A stretch of 63,450 bases of DNA, counting the filler, from Octopus bimaculoides (taxonomy: Eukaryota): assembly GCF_001194135.2 (NCBI RefSeq). It is 7 parts of 6 records of this genome, joined end to end, with 100 filler letters (N's around TTAATTAATTAA, not from the genome) between each part and the next. Parts side by side here need not be neighbours in the genome. Positions count along the whole stretch, not along the records: positions 19,237 to 32,431 come from NC_068986.1; positions 32,532 to 41,546 come from NC_069002.1; 5 more parts are not named here. One strand, written 5' to 3'. Made by a program: the position numbers and the translations under genes. How positions within the stretch are numbered: the stretch's first letter is position 1; each line of letters opens with the position of its first letter. The notes under the pieces were generated by a model, which searched no databases, was not told the DNA's origin, and was given only the letters and a program-made list of their open reading frames with translations. Shown here in pieces: positions 27,479 to 41,646 of this stretch.

Positions 27479-27672
27479 GTGTGTGTGTGTACGTACTTAT
27501 ATGGGCGTGTGAGTGAGAGAGAGAGGGAAGAGAGTCATTTTTTGTACATACAAGTGATGTAAAGAAAATATTCAATATTGGAGTACAACGGGGTTGGTAT
27601 ATTATATATTAGAAACGTAATCTTCGCAAATTGACTTCTCTGAGTCTCACATTTCCGTGATGCAAACAAATA

Positions 27673-27888
27673 TTGGTTTCAAATTTTAGCACAATGCCAG
27701 CAACTTCGAGAGATAGGCTGTCAGTCATGTTGATCCCAGTATCCAACTGGTACTTATTTTATCGGCCCCGAAAGGATAAAAGACTAAGCCAACCTCGGCG
27801 GAATTTGAACTCACAACGTAAAGACGGAAGAAATACCGCTAAGCATTTTGCCCGGCGTGCTAACGATTCTGCCAGCTCCTCAGCCTTA
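27673..27888 (-). mobile_element. SINE family B
   Basis: Reverse complement of the 19696-19905 type. Confidence 0.88.
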
Positions 27889-28231
27889 TGGAAACAAATA
27901 TTGAAAAAACTGTAATAATTGGTTCTACATTTATGCACAATATTTCAAGGAAGAAAATTCTTCTGATTGGCTGTAATTATGACGGAATCAGTTTTTCGAT
28001 GTGAATATTTATTTCTGAAATATTGTTTAAAATAGGAAGCGTGTTACATTCATACCAATATTTGAAATAACGAGTCTTTGATGTATGTTCCTAATTATAT
28101 GCTGCTAAATATTTAATTCTAATATATGTTTAAATTTTTAATTGAATTAGATACGAAAAAACATAACTCAAACAGTGGTTGTTTAACAATCGCGTGGAAA
28201 ATATGGTGAATACATACTCAAATATGTGCAA

Positions 28232-28590
28232 AGGCGCCAGAGAGACTGTGTGGTAAAAAGTTCGCTTCTCAGCCACATGCTTCTGGGTTCAGTCCCACTA
28301 CGTGGCACCTTAAACAAGTGTCATCTGCAGGAGCTTCGGACCAGCCTGAGCTCTGTGAGTGGATTTGGCTGACGGAAACTGAAAGAATTTCGTCTTGTGT
28401 GTGTGTGTGTATGTGTGTGTGTGGTGTGTGTGTTTGCCCCTGGACCGCTTAACAACCGGTATTGATCTGTTTACGTTCGCGTAACTTAGCTGTTTGGTAA
28501 GAAAGAGACTGATGGGATAGGCATCAGACTTTAAAACGAAAGTATTGGGGTTGAGTTGTTCGACTAAACTCCTTCAAAGCGGTGCCCCAG
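28232..28590 (+). mobile_element. SINE family A, diverged
   Basis: gactgtgtggtaa...gggttcagtcccactacgtggcacc followed by the internal (TG)n and the family A tail. Confidence 0.8.
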
Positions 28591-29879
28591 TAAACTCAAT
28601 TTTTTTCACATATACGCCATATTTATGATGATATTACATTTACAAAACAATCAGATACATGCGTCAGCCAGTCACAAGACGCCAGCTTCCTCAAAATCTT
28701 GTACATAAATATATAGGCCGTTGATTCAATTTTCAATAATCGTCATACGATCGGTAGCGTTAAACTCAGAATAACAATCTCAGAACTTCCAGCTTCGAAT
28801 AAATAATTTTATAATTTTGTATACTTTTATAGATATATAAATGTGCGTGTGAGTGTTTATGTATTATATATGCATGAATAATGCGTATGCATACATCAGT
28901 GAGTGATGCCCGATATATCAATGAGTTAAACAAAAAAATGCATTGCGGTACTTACTCCGAATCAGAGTTACGCCCATTAACAACAATAACTAAGTTCATT
29001 AATGGACCTAGCTATTCATAAATCGCGATCGATATAATAAGTACCAGACGAGGCTTTGGGATCGATATAATCGAATAAAACCATTCTTGGATAGTTGCAG
29101 CCCTAAAAGACTGAAGCTAGTAAAAGAATAAAAAATCAATTAAATGCGGATAAAAATAATACGGCTAAAATCACTGATGTTTGTTTCATTCATTCTATTC
29201 TTCTATTCGCTTTAAAAACTTGCAATAAGTAATGTTTAATTGTATCTTTTCTAACTACTACTTCAACAAGTCTTATATAGAACTGTCGGATTTTTCTAAC
29301 GTATATGTTTTGTAATCTCGTCTGCGTTTCTCTAATTATTTGCAAGTATTTTGTTCAGTCTGTTAATTGGCGGCTTATAATAAGCGGTTATTGACTATGT
29401 TGTATTAAAATGTCAATACGGCGTTGGTTATGAATAAGTAAATGAATGGTGTCACATTAATACATACTTAGCTTTGTTACAAACGAGATGAGTGAATTCT
29501 AGTGAGTTGTGAATTAATAACGAAACTAGTTGGTTTGATCTTCATTCGAGTTGGTTTGATTTTCATCCTACCGAAAAGGCCCTACGGGGCCTAGTTTCAA
29601 ATCAAGAATAAATATATATTGATATGACTGCTAATACGTACGTATTCATAACTATATTGTATTGGTGGCACAGCTAACAAGTAATAGACTGGTAATAGGT
29701 AAGGAAATACAAAATTTCTTCGCCTACCACTTGCTTATTACTGATGCTGAAGTTCTGCGAATGATCTGGATTTGACAGAGTGCGAAGGTGACTATTGAGT
29801 CATGGTTAACACCGCACTAGGTAGAAGTTACACAATTCCTCAGATTTGGAAAGGAATTCCGAACTGTTGCTGCATGATT

Positions 29880-30660
29880 GACAGAGTCAAAGAAATTCGA
29901 AGAGAAGATGGTAGTCTTAGAGTGATTAGGGTGAAAAGAAAAAAAGTCATGATAAAAATGTGCTAGGTTTATATTGCTTAGAAATTGAAATATATGGGTT
30001 ATTTAATTGTAACAGGAGTGTCGAGGAATAGAATAAAATATCGTAAATGCTAGAAGTAAATTCCAAACTCGTATGGGAAGTATTGATGTAAGGAATGAAC
30101 ATAATGAATCCATCTCCAGGGAATCCGTTGCCACCTATACAGTGATAGATATAACAACCGTGCAATTCTCTTGTGGGTCTTATAATCCGTAATATAGTCT
30201 ACGAAAAGTTCGATGTAACTGAGACCCATATTGGTACCTATCGTGATATCGGTGGATTTCTGGTATAACTCATTGGCAAAGGACATTGGAAGGCATTTAT
30301 GCATAAGGACGAGCTCTGTTCAAATAAAGTAGGGCCGCTAGTTTCAAATGAGAGGCAGAGATCAAAGAAATATCTGAGGACTAAGTAAGAGTCCATCGTT
30401 AAATGGTATGTAATGCATCTCTCGTGCGTGATATATAGGAACTGTAAGAATCCAGGAGGGAAGGAAAGAGTTGAGAATGGTAAAGATATTCTTAATATGG
30501 GAAGGTAGGGCAGCGACATATTGAAGAACATCTGTTTATCAAGATGGCTGATAAGAAATTCAGTGGGGCAAATACAGGCGGAGACGATAGAGTGATTAGC
30601 GGAGTTGGTTTTCAACATCTTGAGGAGAGAATACACAGTGGGACTGCGAAGTATTTTATG
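29880..30660 (-). pseudogene. Penelope-like element reverse transcriptase fossil
   Basis: YSLLKMLKTNSANHSIVSACICPTE resembles PLE YLLPKIHKP..PGRPIVSACSCPTE. Also ELYQKSTDITIGTNMGLSYIELF, a catalytic YIDD decayed to YIYH, and LEFTSSI...YKP. Confidence 0.8.
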
Positions 30661-31713
30661 ATAAGATTAGTAACGCTGGGGTGGATGGTACTGGGAGCGT
30701 TTTGTGCCTTGATTGTCCGAGATAAAAGTATTTGGTTTTGGAGTGTGTAGTTCTTAGGTTGTTTACAGTAAAATTGGTGTTACCGAGCTACCAGTGAGCT
30801 TCACTTTAGTGAAGAACATTTTTACTTCTTAAATATAACATTTTTTATTCATTCTGTTAGATTTTTCTAAACCATTTTGTTGTATTTCTATAATTTTACT
30901 TTATTTTGCACTGTTCACATTAATTTATAAATGATGTTTGTTTTGTATGGAACGCGTTGTAAATGAGCCTAGAGTCTGTTTGCTTTGTTGAAATCTGTGT
31001 ATTATTAGTAATGTATTCGTTATGTTGTTAGTATCTTAGATTCCTAGGTCAGTTGCTTTTGTTTAGTCATGGTAGTTATAGTTCCGTGAATTGATTGCTT
31101 TTTTCTCATATTTCTTCTCACATTTGCAACAGAATCTGCTGACATTCTTGACCAAACATCTGAATTGTTGTTTTGCCATTTCGAATATTGTTTTCCAGAA
31201 AAAATATTTTGATGTTACGCAGGCACGATTTCCTGATCTTTTCAACTTTCGTATGTATGTGTATGTATATATATGTGTGAATATGTGTGTGAGTGCGTGT
31301 GTATGTATAGGTACATACATATGAATATATATATATATGTATATANNNNNNNNNNNNNNNNNNNNNNNNNNNNNNNNNNNNNNNNNNNNNNNNNNNNNNN
31401 NNNNNNNNNNNNNNNNNNNNNNNNNNNNNNNNNNNNNNNNNNNNNNNNNNNNNNNNNNNNNNNNNNNNNNNNNNNNNNNNNNNNNNNNNNNNNNNNNNNN
31501 NNNNNNNNNNNNNNNNNNNNNNNNNNNNNNNNNNNNNNNNNNNNNNNNNNNNNNNNNNNNNNNNNNNNNNNNNNNNNNNNNNNNNNNNNNNNNNNNNNNN
31601 NNNNNNNNNNNNNNNNNNNNNNNNNNNNNNNNNNNGTTATATTTCTGTTGCTTTTAAATAAACATGCATAAATACATATATATATTTATATACATATATA
31701 CATACATACATGT

Positions 31714-31804
<91 letters not shown>

Positions 31805-32531
31805 TTATTGAAAACCAAGAGGGGAATGGAGATTTATTCACATCCAAAACTTTTTTATTAAAAAGTTTTCTTCGGCATATATAACAATGACCAACATTTA
31901 TTCCTACTGCAGCAACTGCATGTTGCTCTGTATGCAATTATGCGTCCTAGTCGCTCAATTTCATCAAGGGTCTATCAGTTACGACGTTTCCAAAGTGAAC
32001 TAATTCTAACAAGCTTCCTGCGTTAGTATTCAGTTGAAGATGATAGCGTTACTTTTGGCATAACTACAGAGTTGTACCCCCCGCCCGACTTTGGAAGATC
32101 ATAACTTTCAGAAAAAAGAATATTTTTTAATGAAATTTTCTATGCATATATTATCTATTATGTAGATTCCGAATATACAAAAATTTTCGGTGAAAGTGTT
32201 TTGGAATGGAGGTGGCGGAAATTTTCGGAAATTCCAACAGAGTCCACTTAAATTCCTCTTAACTTCCAGGAAAATGAATATTTTTTCGTGAAATTTTCTA
32301 CAAATATACCTTGATGTATGTACATTTCGAGCATGTAGAAATTTTGAAGGAAACAACTGTAGGTTATTTTTGAGAAGTGTTCCTCACTCGGTGATGTTTC
32401 GGAGCAAGTCGTCCATAATTGTTTCATTTTTNNNNNNNNNNNNNNNNNNNNNNNNNNNNNNNNNNNNNNNNNNNNTTAATTAATTAANNNNNNNNNNNNN
32501 NNNNNNNNNNNNNNNNNNNNNNNNNNNNNNN

Positions 32532-32968
32532 CATCCTCTGATAACTAACGGATGGTGATTCGACGATTTCCCTTCACATCCGCGATGTTTTTCTCGTTTC
32601 TCCTGGTTGCGAATCTCCCAGAGCGTTCGTCAATATCGACATTTTTCGGCCATCTTGGAAATGTCTGAACCACTCGTCCACTTGTGTGCAGCTCATACAC
32701 TCCTCTCCATACACTTTCTGCAACTTTTCATAGGCCTCTGAGCAGGTATCGCCATGACAACTTTTTCTGTCATGGTCAATGCGATGATCACACGCTACAC
32801 ACGGTCCTTCTAAGCACTGCTGTAAACAGCGGAAGTGAGCTAGAACGTTAAAACTTAGTGCGCATGCACAGCAGAATTCCAGGTCAATCTCTGCCAAGCG
32901 GCTTCACTCTACGTGCTTTAGCTTTGTTACTGTTTCAACAGTCTGGATACTTATTGGATCAGAACTCG
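32532..32968 (-). mobile_element. Mariner element 5' part; the rest lies in a gap
   Basis: GDTCSEAYEKLQKVYGEECMSCTQVDEWFRHFQDGR is a mariner HTH region. The end reads tacgagttctgatccaataag with TA at 32969-32970. Confidence 0.85.
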
Positions 32969-33603
32969 TATGTATGTACGTTATGTAAGTACGTATGTAC
33001 ATTCACTGAACAGTTTTTAACCTTGAAATTTCTCCAGTAACCTCGCGAATCTAGTAACAAACGAAGAGCATTTATAGGAATTTTCTCATCCCTTCATTTG
33101 TTCATGACACTCTCCAAGTACATCTCACAAACGCGACAAAGTAAGATATTTGTTGTGGTCAAACACTTTTTGGACGTTACTTTCACCTTAACGAGAAATG
33201 ACTTATACTTTATTTCATTTATCGTAGATTTAGTAATTAAATTCTGTCAGCTGTTTGGAAGTCATAAATCTCATGACGTGTGAATTTTTTAATGCGTTTC
33301 CTCTAAGACAATATAGTTTATACATAAGTACAGATACAACAGAGCTGTTATACCGAAATAGACAAATACTTTTTTAACGCTGAAACCCGAAGTAGATAAA
33401 GCTGTATNNNNNNNNNNNNNNNNNNNNNNNNNNNNNNNNNNNNNNNNNNNNNNNNNNNNNNNNNNNNNNNNNNNNNNNNNNNNNNNNNNNNNNNNNNNNN
33501 NNNNNNNNNNNNNNNNNNNNNNNNNNNNNNNNNNNNNNNNNNNNNNNNNNNNNNNNNNNNNNNNNNNNNNNNNNNNNNNNNNNNNNNNNNNNNNNNNNNN
33601 NNN

Positions 33604-33638
<35 letters not shown>

Positions 33639-34077
33639 TACATACAAATATATATATATATTAATATATATACACATGTTTATATATGAGTGTGTATATA
33701 TATAACATGAAAATATTGGGTTAAAAACCGCTTGGATAGAAAGTAGAAAGCTGACTCAAGCAGTTTTTTTAAACCAAATATTTACACGTTATTATTTATA
33801 GCATTAGCTACTTCGATTCCCATCGTTAAAAACGAATTATTTCACGTTCTCTCGAAATTTCTAAATTCTTGTGCCATAAACAACAGACAAGTTCTATTTT
33901 CCTTGTGTGCCTTAATCAGAATTCACTGTTGCTAGCGTTTGGGTCAGGTTGTCCGGTTTGAAGCTGACTTCCTCCGATCAGTGTCAGAGAAAGCCTGGTA
34001 TGTAAAGGACCGCGACCGCAGTCGCTCCTTCCGTGACTAAACGGTTCGAAAAACAAAGCGCATTGGATTATATGCTT

Positions 34078-34129
<52 letters not shown>

Positions 34130-34779
34130 CATTTAAGATAAGAATGTTGCTTAGGTAACCCGGATTTTACGTTCCAAAATGGAGTTTTGCCTGATAGTTC
34201 TGTTCCTTTTGAGGGGTCTTTTTGAGTTTGCGTTTTAAAGGAATCTTCATTCGCGCCCTGAGGGAAGAATCCAACAATCATAGAATTAGAAAGCGAAATT
34301 TTGTCCCGTGTTAACATTAAACATGAGAAACTGAGTTTCCTGTTGCGATAGACTGACAACTGACATCTACTCGAACCCTTAATCAATAAATGTCAGATGC
34401 AAATTAGATTTTAAGGAATGTTATTGATGATACAAAAACGAAAATGAGTCGGACCGACAGGTATATTTGAAATTCTTTTTATTTCTGACCAGAATTTCCG
34501 CCGTGAATTGCTATGCCTAGTTTTAGCTGTATCTAATCTGTGGTCAAGCACTCAGTCACACTTCTTTTATATTTGCAGCTTTTTAAAGAAGTCTTAAAAG
34601 TTATTAATGTCATAGTTTATAGCAGTAATATCATTGGCATAACTGAAGTTACGGATTACTGGATCTCCTTCAGAGAATCCATAAATAGTTTCTTCAGTTC
34701 TTTAGATGACTACAACCACAACAAACAGAATAGAATAACCTTTAAAAAACGTCCACATGCTTAGCATCTTTTATTCTAT

Positions 34780-35900
34780 CCGCAAATCTAGTCGTACCAA
34801 AATCGCTCTTAATATCAGATTGCGGATCGACCTTTATATAAAGATTTAAGGAGGGCGATGTAATCGTTCTGGTTAGGGCTGCCTTCTGGAACTTTCCACA
34901 GTAATGAGAGGTTTATACTTTCGAATGGCTTAGTAAAATCGATGAAAACAATATGAACTGGGCTTTTTGAATTCAATTGATTTTTCATCATTTGCAGCAA
35001 GGTAAAATGTTTAGTGCATGGTGCTTCTTCCGAGTTGGTATGTAGGAGAAGGGATGTAGGAGCAGAGGTTCTTTTTATATAAAAATCAATAACGGTCATG
35101 AATAATTTATAATTGTGACTTTATTGGTCGATAATTTTTGCATTTGGCTCCAATATCTTTTAAAATATCTGCTTAGCCTGCTTTTGCTTCAAAAGCTCTG
35201 GCTGTTCACGTCGCTTCCACACAAGAATGTTTCTGTGGATGGTCAGAGGAGAAGAACTGGATGCAGTAGACACTCGTATGTAGAGATGCTACACAATTTT
35301 CTAGTTCGCGGTGTAACAGGTTGTAGTATGATTCTGTTTGATATACAAACGTTGAAATTTGTGGAATCTCTTTTTGGCAACAATATCCTTATTACCTGTC
35401 AAACTGTCTTTGCTCCTTTATTCTCAGCTTTTACTGCTCCTGGCATCTCACAGTATGGAACAATAATTATTAAAAACAGTCTTAAGCGTGATCTATTGGA
35501 ATATTTGAGTATCTTGCTCCAGCTGTGACTAACGCTCTTGATACGTTTAGCCAAACCAACAATAATAATAAATTCTAGTCGTGATAATGCCGTAATTCGG
35601 CCCTCTTTAAAATAGATATATCGGTGGGTGAGGATATCACATAACGTCTGCCTTTATTGCTTTTACTAAACCACAGTTGTTGATAAAAAATAATTCCAGT
35701 GCAAATAATCCAAGATCAATTTTAATTTTCGGCCAAGCGGAAACTCTTGTGCTCAGCCAAGAGCACCGCTGATACGCTCCTCTAACTATTTAAGTTGAAG
35801 ATAATTCTCTTGTCGTACACAATGGCCAGAATCCTTTCACCTGCGTCACTTGTTCTGACAACTTCTTTTGTTTAGATACTAGTTCCAGCTTTATATATTC
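34780..35900 (-). pseudogene. RTE-type LINE reverse transcriptase fragment
   Basis: HFTLLQM...PVHIVFIDFTKPFESIN..LWK (RT domains 2-3) with an upstream NYRPI motif; frameshifted. Confidence 0.75.
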
Positions 35901-36104
35901 AAACACCTCTTCTTGTTAAACTCCCCTCGAAAATGTGACACCGCATTTACGAAACGATGCCATGGCGTCAGAATAATAATTAATAAAGCTTCCATTAAAA
36001 TTAACGAATCAAGAAGTAATCATCTTTCCTTGTCGTCTTTTGGCGATTTCGCATCCACCATTCTCCCACCGAAACAATGACCAACTGTGGAACCCTTGTT
36101 TATC

Positions 36105-36333
36105 TTTTATGTTTTACCTTTCACTTTTTTCAGTCATTGGACTGTGGCCAAGCTGGAGCATCGCTCTGAAAAATTTTTTAGTTGAATGAATCGATTCCAG
36201 TACTTATTTTAAGTTTAGTACTTATTCCGTGGATCTTTTTTGCCGAACCGCTAAGTTACGGGAACGTAAACAAACCAGCTCTGGTTGCCAAGCGGTGCGG
36301 GGACAAACACATACCCAATGACGCGTGCGCACT

Positions 36334-36387
<54 letters not shown>

Positions 36388-36389
36388 TT

Positions 36390-36420
<31 letters not shown>

Positions 36421-36536
36421 TCCTTTCTGTCGAAGAGCTTAGGCTCGAAACGTAAAAGACTCTCTCACTTCCCGAGAGTTAAACTAATACATCTGTTTGT
36501 TGTCTTCATCTTTTGTTGTTTTTTTTCTGTAAATTC

Positions 36537-36568
<32 letters not shown>

Positions 36569-36630
36569 CGACGTGCTTCTTTCAGTTTCCGTACACCAAA
36601 TCCACTCACAAGGTTCTAGTCGGCTTTTAT
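36105..36630 (-). mobile_element. SINE family A, 5'-truncated, with an insertion in its microsatellite
   Basis: Aligns to 44657-45102 on both sides of 36421-36540. Confidence 0.85.
36423..36458 (+). ncRNA. Hammerhead-like motif with variant core (CUGUCGA)
   Basis: CUUU-CUGUCGA-A-GAGC-uuag-GCUC-GAA-ACGU-A-AAAG. It lies in a roughly 120-bp element (36421-36540) homologous to 58045-58170. Confidence 0.65.
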
Positions 36631-37029
36631 TAGTTTGTTTGGGGTTTTTTTCAGAAAGACGGTAAATGGTCAATCCCTTACGCAGGTTTAACTTGATTCT
36701 TCATCTGCTTTGTAATTAGAACTCTTTTACGATATACTGATATTTATCATCTTAATAAATGATAACATTATCAAATAATAAACATTATCAATGTCATCTC
36801 TAATAACATGTTTAGTTGTTCTCGCAAACATAGAACTCGTTGTTTTATTCTGTATGCATTTTAAAAGACCGGCTGCTATTTTTGTTATAGCCATTTCTCT
36901 TGCTCCAGACCCGTTCTTGGCAGATGATATTCTCATTTAAGTCGAAAATATTTCTATCAGAACGATAATGAAATATCGATTCAGTAGATGAAGTTGAATA
37001 AAAATCTAAACAAATTCTTTTCTTTTCAC

Positions 37030-37420
37030 TCCTTTATAGTCTCCGCGTAGTCTTGTAATCTCGATCCATGTTTTGCACAACCAGTAAAAGAGAGGATCCT
37101 TTGCTCCTTCCAAGAGTAACTACTTCTGAAAGTCTTCATTAATCAAATTCCTCAGATTTTTTATGATTAATCCTGGAATTGCTGAGAGAATGGTCGCAAG
37201 CATTGAAATAGGTTTAAAGGCATATTCACCAAGAAGAGGTTTCATTAATACATATTTAAGCCGCCTACACGCTTCTAAGTTATCGAACAATTCCTCGTTC
37301 GGGAAGTCTTTGTAGTTCATCTGCCTCAATTGGCAAATATGATCACCAATAATAAATGTCTTAGGAAACAGTGGCTCCAGTTTGTTATCGATACAAGAGA
37401 AATGATCCATGCACAGCAGA
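37030..37420 (-). pseudogene. Probable RLE-type non-LTR retrotransposon C-terminal remnant
   Basis: KYVLMKPL...PISMLATILSAIP..IIKNL..LINEDFQK*LLLEGAK resembles the RLE C-terminal pattern. Confidence 0.45.
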
Positions 37421-38249
37421 TAATAAACACAGCTGTGCTTCTTAAGGATGAACAGGGAATTATAAAGTCGAGTAGATCAAATAAGTAATATCAGAAATGT
37501 TGATAATGGGCAAAATATAGAATCAGTCCTTCGAGCTTTCACTAATGTTTATTAAAGATTGTAATTTAATAACTCGAACATGAATGAGTATTACAAAACT
37601 TGTTTAATTACATTCTAGAACAACAAAAGAAATTAAACCAATTCGTTTCTGCAAGATTTGATATCATTTTTCTTATAAAAACACCATATTTTGCCAACTG
37701 TCACGTGATCAGGACTATTTAATATGGCTGCCAGTGCGATGAAACAATTCGGCTGTTCAGTTAGAGAAAGCATCTACGAGAAGACCCGTACGATTGTTAC
37801 TACAGCTGTATTTGGATAAATTGTGTACAACTTGATTATTATACTCAGGAGAGTGTTTTATTTCTATAACCACCATAACAGCTTGCATTTGTAATGAAAC
37901 TTTAAATTCTATTTTAACGTTAATATCAAACAATTTAAAAGGTTGATTTCTCGATCTCTCGGCTGCTTCTTTCATTGTCCAGTTTTATTTCCCTGTTTCA
38001 TTTGTCCGCATAATCACTTCTTTTACGCCTCTGTCTTCCTGTCCTCTGCTGACAACCGAATGATACGTATTTCTGAGGCCACAACACCAAGAAGTACATC
38101 AGCGGGGTTTCTTTTTCATCACGAGAGAAGTGAGAAAGGATAATGCAGAAGCGTAAACAATACCAAACAAAAATACAATTTTCAGAATGGTTTTAATGAT
38201 TGGGGAGAAAAGTCTAATGTCTCTAAACGATGCTGCAATACGTGAACAA

Positions 38250-38340
38250 CAGCACCACCTTATGGTGTGGTCCGCTTTGAGAAGGATGTAGTCGTTGTTG
38301 ACTTGACTGTGCCATGGAAGGCTATAGCGAGACTAAGGAA
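38250..38340 (+). pseudogene. Small RLE endonuclease remnant
   Basis: HLMVWSALRR then a frameshift to VVVVDLTVPW, resembling PDLVxWS...ELTVPWE. Confidence 0.45.
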
Positions 38341-40309
38341 GGTGTGAGAGGAACAAGGATACCTTTATGACATCTACATTGGTGATGGGATGTCGGAGAC
38401 TTGTAACTAGACCCACAGTGTTCTAATATTGGTCTCAGGAAGAAAATCAGAGCTGGAGCCGAAGAATTTCCAAAGGAAACAAACAACGTTTTTTATCACC
38501 GATACAGCAACGTCACGTGAAAGGAGAGCGAAGAATATAGTTTTGATAAGTTGTGAACCAAAATAATGGGTGCCTGTTGAACTATGGTTGCAAATTCCAT
38601 GGTTTGGTTTTATGACTGCATCGATGACACGGTGGACTTAACCTGGTGGCATGTTGCTCAGCTGTAGGCAGGGGTACTGTCGGAAAGTGGCAAAACCTTT
38701 GTGATATCCAGTTGACTGTTGCAGAAAGGAATGTGTCGTTGTACAATAAACATCATGTGTGTGCGTGCGTGTGTATGTGTGTGTGTGTGTGTGTGTGTGA
38801 GTGAGTGAGTGAGTGTGCGTGTGCGCGCGCGTGCGCGCGTTTATGCATGATGTGTGTGTACATGTGTATCTAGTTAGGTGATGGCTTCCATACTAGATGA
38901 TGCAGACCGGAAATAATTTGTAATCAATTGAAGTTATAATGAGAAGGAAACTCATTAGCGCTAATGAAAATTATCACCATAGCTACCTTTAAGCCAGACT
39001 TACTGTCCTCCCTCTGCACAATTTCGTTTCGTTTTCTTCTCATTACCATTATAAATTCAGATCATTAAATCGCTTTTCCATTTCACTACATCAAGTAATA
39101 TTAAACTGTGCTTAGCTATATATTCATCATGCAGAAGGCGCACTCGGGACAATTTTTTTATATTATTACTTTAAAATGTCTAACCTATGAATCATGTTCG
39201 CAACAATACCATAAACTCACTCAGTCGCCCTACGATCCTGTTAAATTTTGTAGACAATGTTTTACCGAGAAGATTCCCATATAGCCGAAACAGAGTTCTC
39301 ACCATTGCTCCCAGCTCTCCTCAAGATTTCCTCCATCTCACACACCCTCGTACGCTTTTCCTCCTTTTTTTCATTCCTTTTCTTCTCCTTCTCTCACCCA
39401 ATGTCTTTCTTCTATACTTCCAGTCTACGTATGCAAGTTAATGTTGTCTTGCGTTCCTCATCAGTTGCAGTCAATTTCTCAAGCACAGAGAATGTAAAAC
39501 TTTACTGTCGTCTTTATTCTGAAGGACTCTTTCGGAAATGTTGGATATGTCTCTCCCCACGGCAGTTTAACTGCACTCTTTCAGTCGCTTCTTCCAAATA
39601 ATACAAGACTTGCCAACGCAGACCACCACCGATTTCCCTGGATTCTAGTTTATCGGATAAACATGGATTTTCAATCATCAAATATTACTATATTTGGTGA
39701 AGTTCTAAACAATTAGCGAAAAATTTCACGGTGGACAGAACAAAGTGTACGGAATCTACGAGTCAAATAGCTCAATCGTGTTCAGTCCACAGAGAAATAC
39801 ATAAAAAGACAAGACGCATGTTTACATTTTACCATTTACACATAATGCAATTTTGGTTAAATTTTGTGGTAATTTTTGTGTATAACTTTGTATCTATCTG
39901 ANNNNNNNNNNNNNNNNNNNNNNNNNNNNNNNNNNNNNTGTGTGTGTGTGTGTGTGTAATAGCTATATATGCCATTTTTCATAAACAATTGTCTAGCTGG
40001 TTTTGATGTAAAATGTTCTATATGTGGCTAAAAATTAAAATTTATGGACAACTTCGGACTCTGCTCTTCCGTTAAATCAGTCGCATCGCCATCAAACCGG
40101 CGTTTTATGTGAGAAATATCAGAAATATCGACTATCTATAGTGGCGAAATACTTTGAAATAAGCCATTTGAAATATGTCCATTTTGTGTGGCTTTGTTAA
40201 TTCATCTAATTTGTACAAACAATTCTAGAAGGTTATCTACTTACTTTTAACTTTATACAAACATCTGTTTAGCTAGACGAGAGAGTTATGATGGGGAGAA
40301 CAAGGTAAG

Positions 40310-40429
40310 ACGATGAAGATGAAGATGACGACGATGACGATGAAGAAGAAGAAGAAGAAGAAGAAGAAGAAGAAGAAGAAGAAGAAGAAGAAGAAGAAGA
40401 AGAAGAAGAAGAAGAAGAAGAAGAAGAAG

Positions 40430-40482
<53 letters not shown>
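40310..40482. repeat. Compound (GAT/GAC)(GAA)n(CAA)n microsatellite
   Basis: Direct reading of the sequence. Confidence 0.97.
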
Positions 40483-40699
40483 AGCATGAGGACATGAGGA
40501 ATGAGGTTTCAACAGCATTATCCTTTTCCCAACAAAGTTCGAAGAATCTCTGATGTTCAGTGATCATAATTTTTAGCAATGAATAAGGCATCTTTCCCAT
40601 CGAAATATCAGTTATATAGACACTGAATTATGGAAACTGAATGGCACAAACTGTTTAACAGATATTCAGAATGTATGGATCTATCAATTCATTTACCTT

Positions 40700-41112
40700 G
40701 GGTTGTGTAGTAAGAAAGGTTGCTTCCCAACCACTTGCGTTTGAGTTCAGTTCCAATGTGTAGCACCTAGGAAAAGTGTCTTCTACTATAGCCCTTGGCC
40801 GACTAAAGCCACGTGAGTGAATTTGCTAGACAGATATTGTAAAAGCATATGTATGCGTATGTGTATAATTGCTTCCCCGACTTGGTATCATGCAACAGTT
40901 ATGAAGGATGTCACTGTCACACAAGTGGTGTTATTCTTTTCCAATATTCTGCGAGAACACGTCTGGTCAGGGGGAAATATTACCTTGCCTGGAAACAGGT
41001 CAGAGTTGGCAACAGAAAGAGCACCCGGCCAGAGAAAAACTGCCGCAATAAAAGTTCATCCAACCCAAGCGAACATGGGAAAATGAACGTTAAACCAACG
41101 ATGATGATGAGT
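40700..41112 (+). mobile_element. SINE family G: family A head and CORE-like domain with a different body and a (GAT)n tail
   Basis: The head matches family A up to gtgagtgaatttgctagac. The tail catgggaaaatgaacgttaaaccaacgatgatgatg matches the reverse complement of 52051-52276. Confidence 0.7.
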
Positions 41113-41646
41113 AAGATAATGTACAGTCCTTCTAGGAAGTACTCTAAATATTTCAACTACATATGTTTGAGTGCGTGTCCCCTTAACAAATGTAAAAATA
41201 AAAAGAAAGAGACTAAGAAACGGAGAGACGAACATATATATCTAGAATGTCTACCGGCTGATGTATGTCGTTTTTGCATCCTCTCCATTTTCTTATTTAC
41301 TGTATAAATTAAGGGTAAACCACTTTTTACCCCCACCCATATATGACACTCAAGTGCAAGCGTGCCACGGAATAGCTAGCACTTGGGTATGAATAACTGG
41401 GTACACTACCAGCAGTGTATTGGATAGGTACTATCCTTTAGTTGGTTGGTTTCCCAACCTCTAACTCACACAGAAATATGTATATATATATACAGATAGA
41501 GAGGGAGGGAGGGAGGGGCAAAGAAAGAGAGAGGGAGAGAGGCGAANNNNNNNNNNNNNNNNNNNNNNNNNNNNNNNNNNNNNNNNNNNNTTAATTAATT
41601 AANNNNNNNNNNNNNNNNNNNNNNNNNNNNNNNNNNNNNNNNNNNN

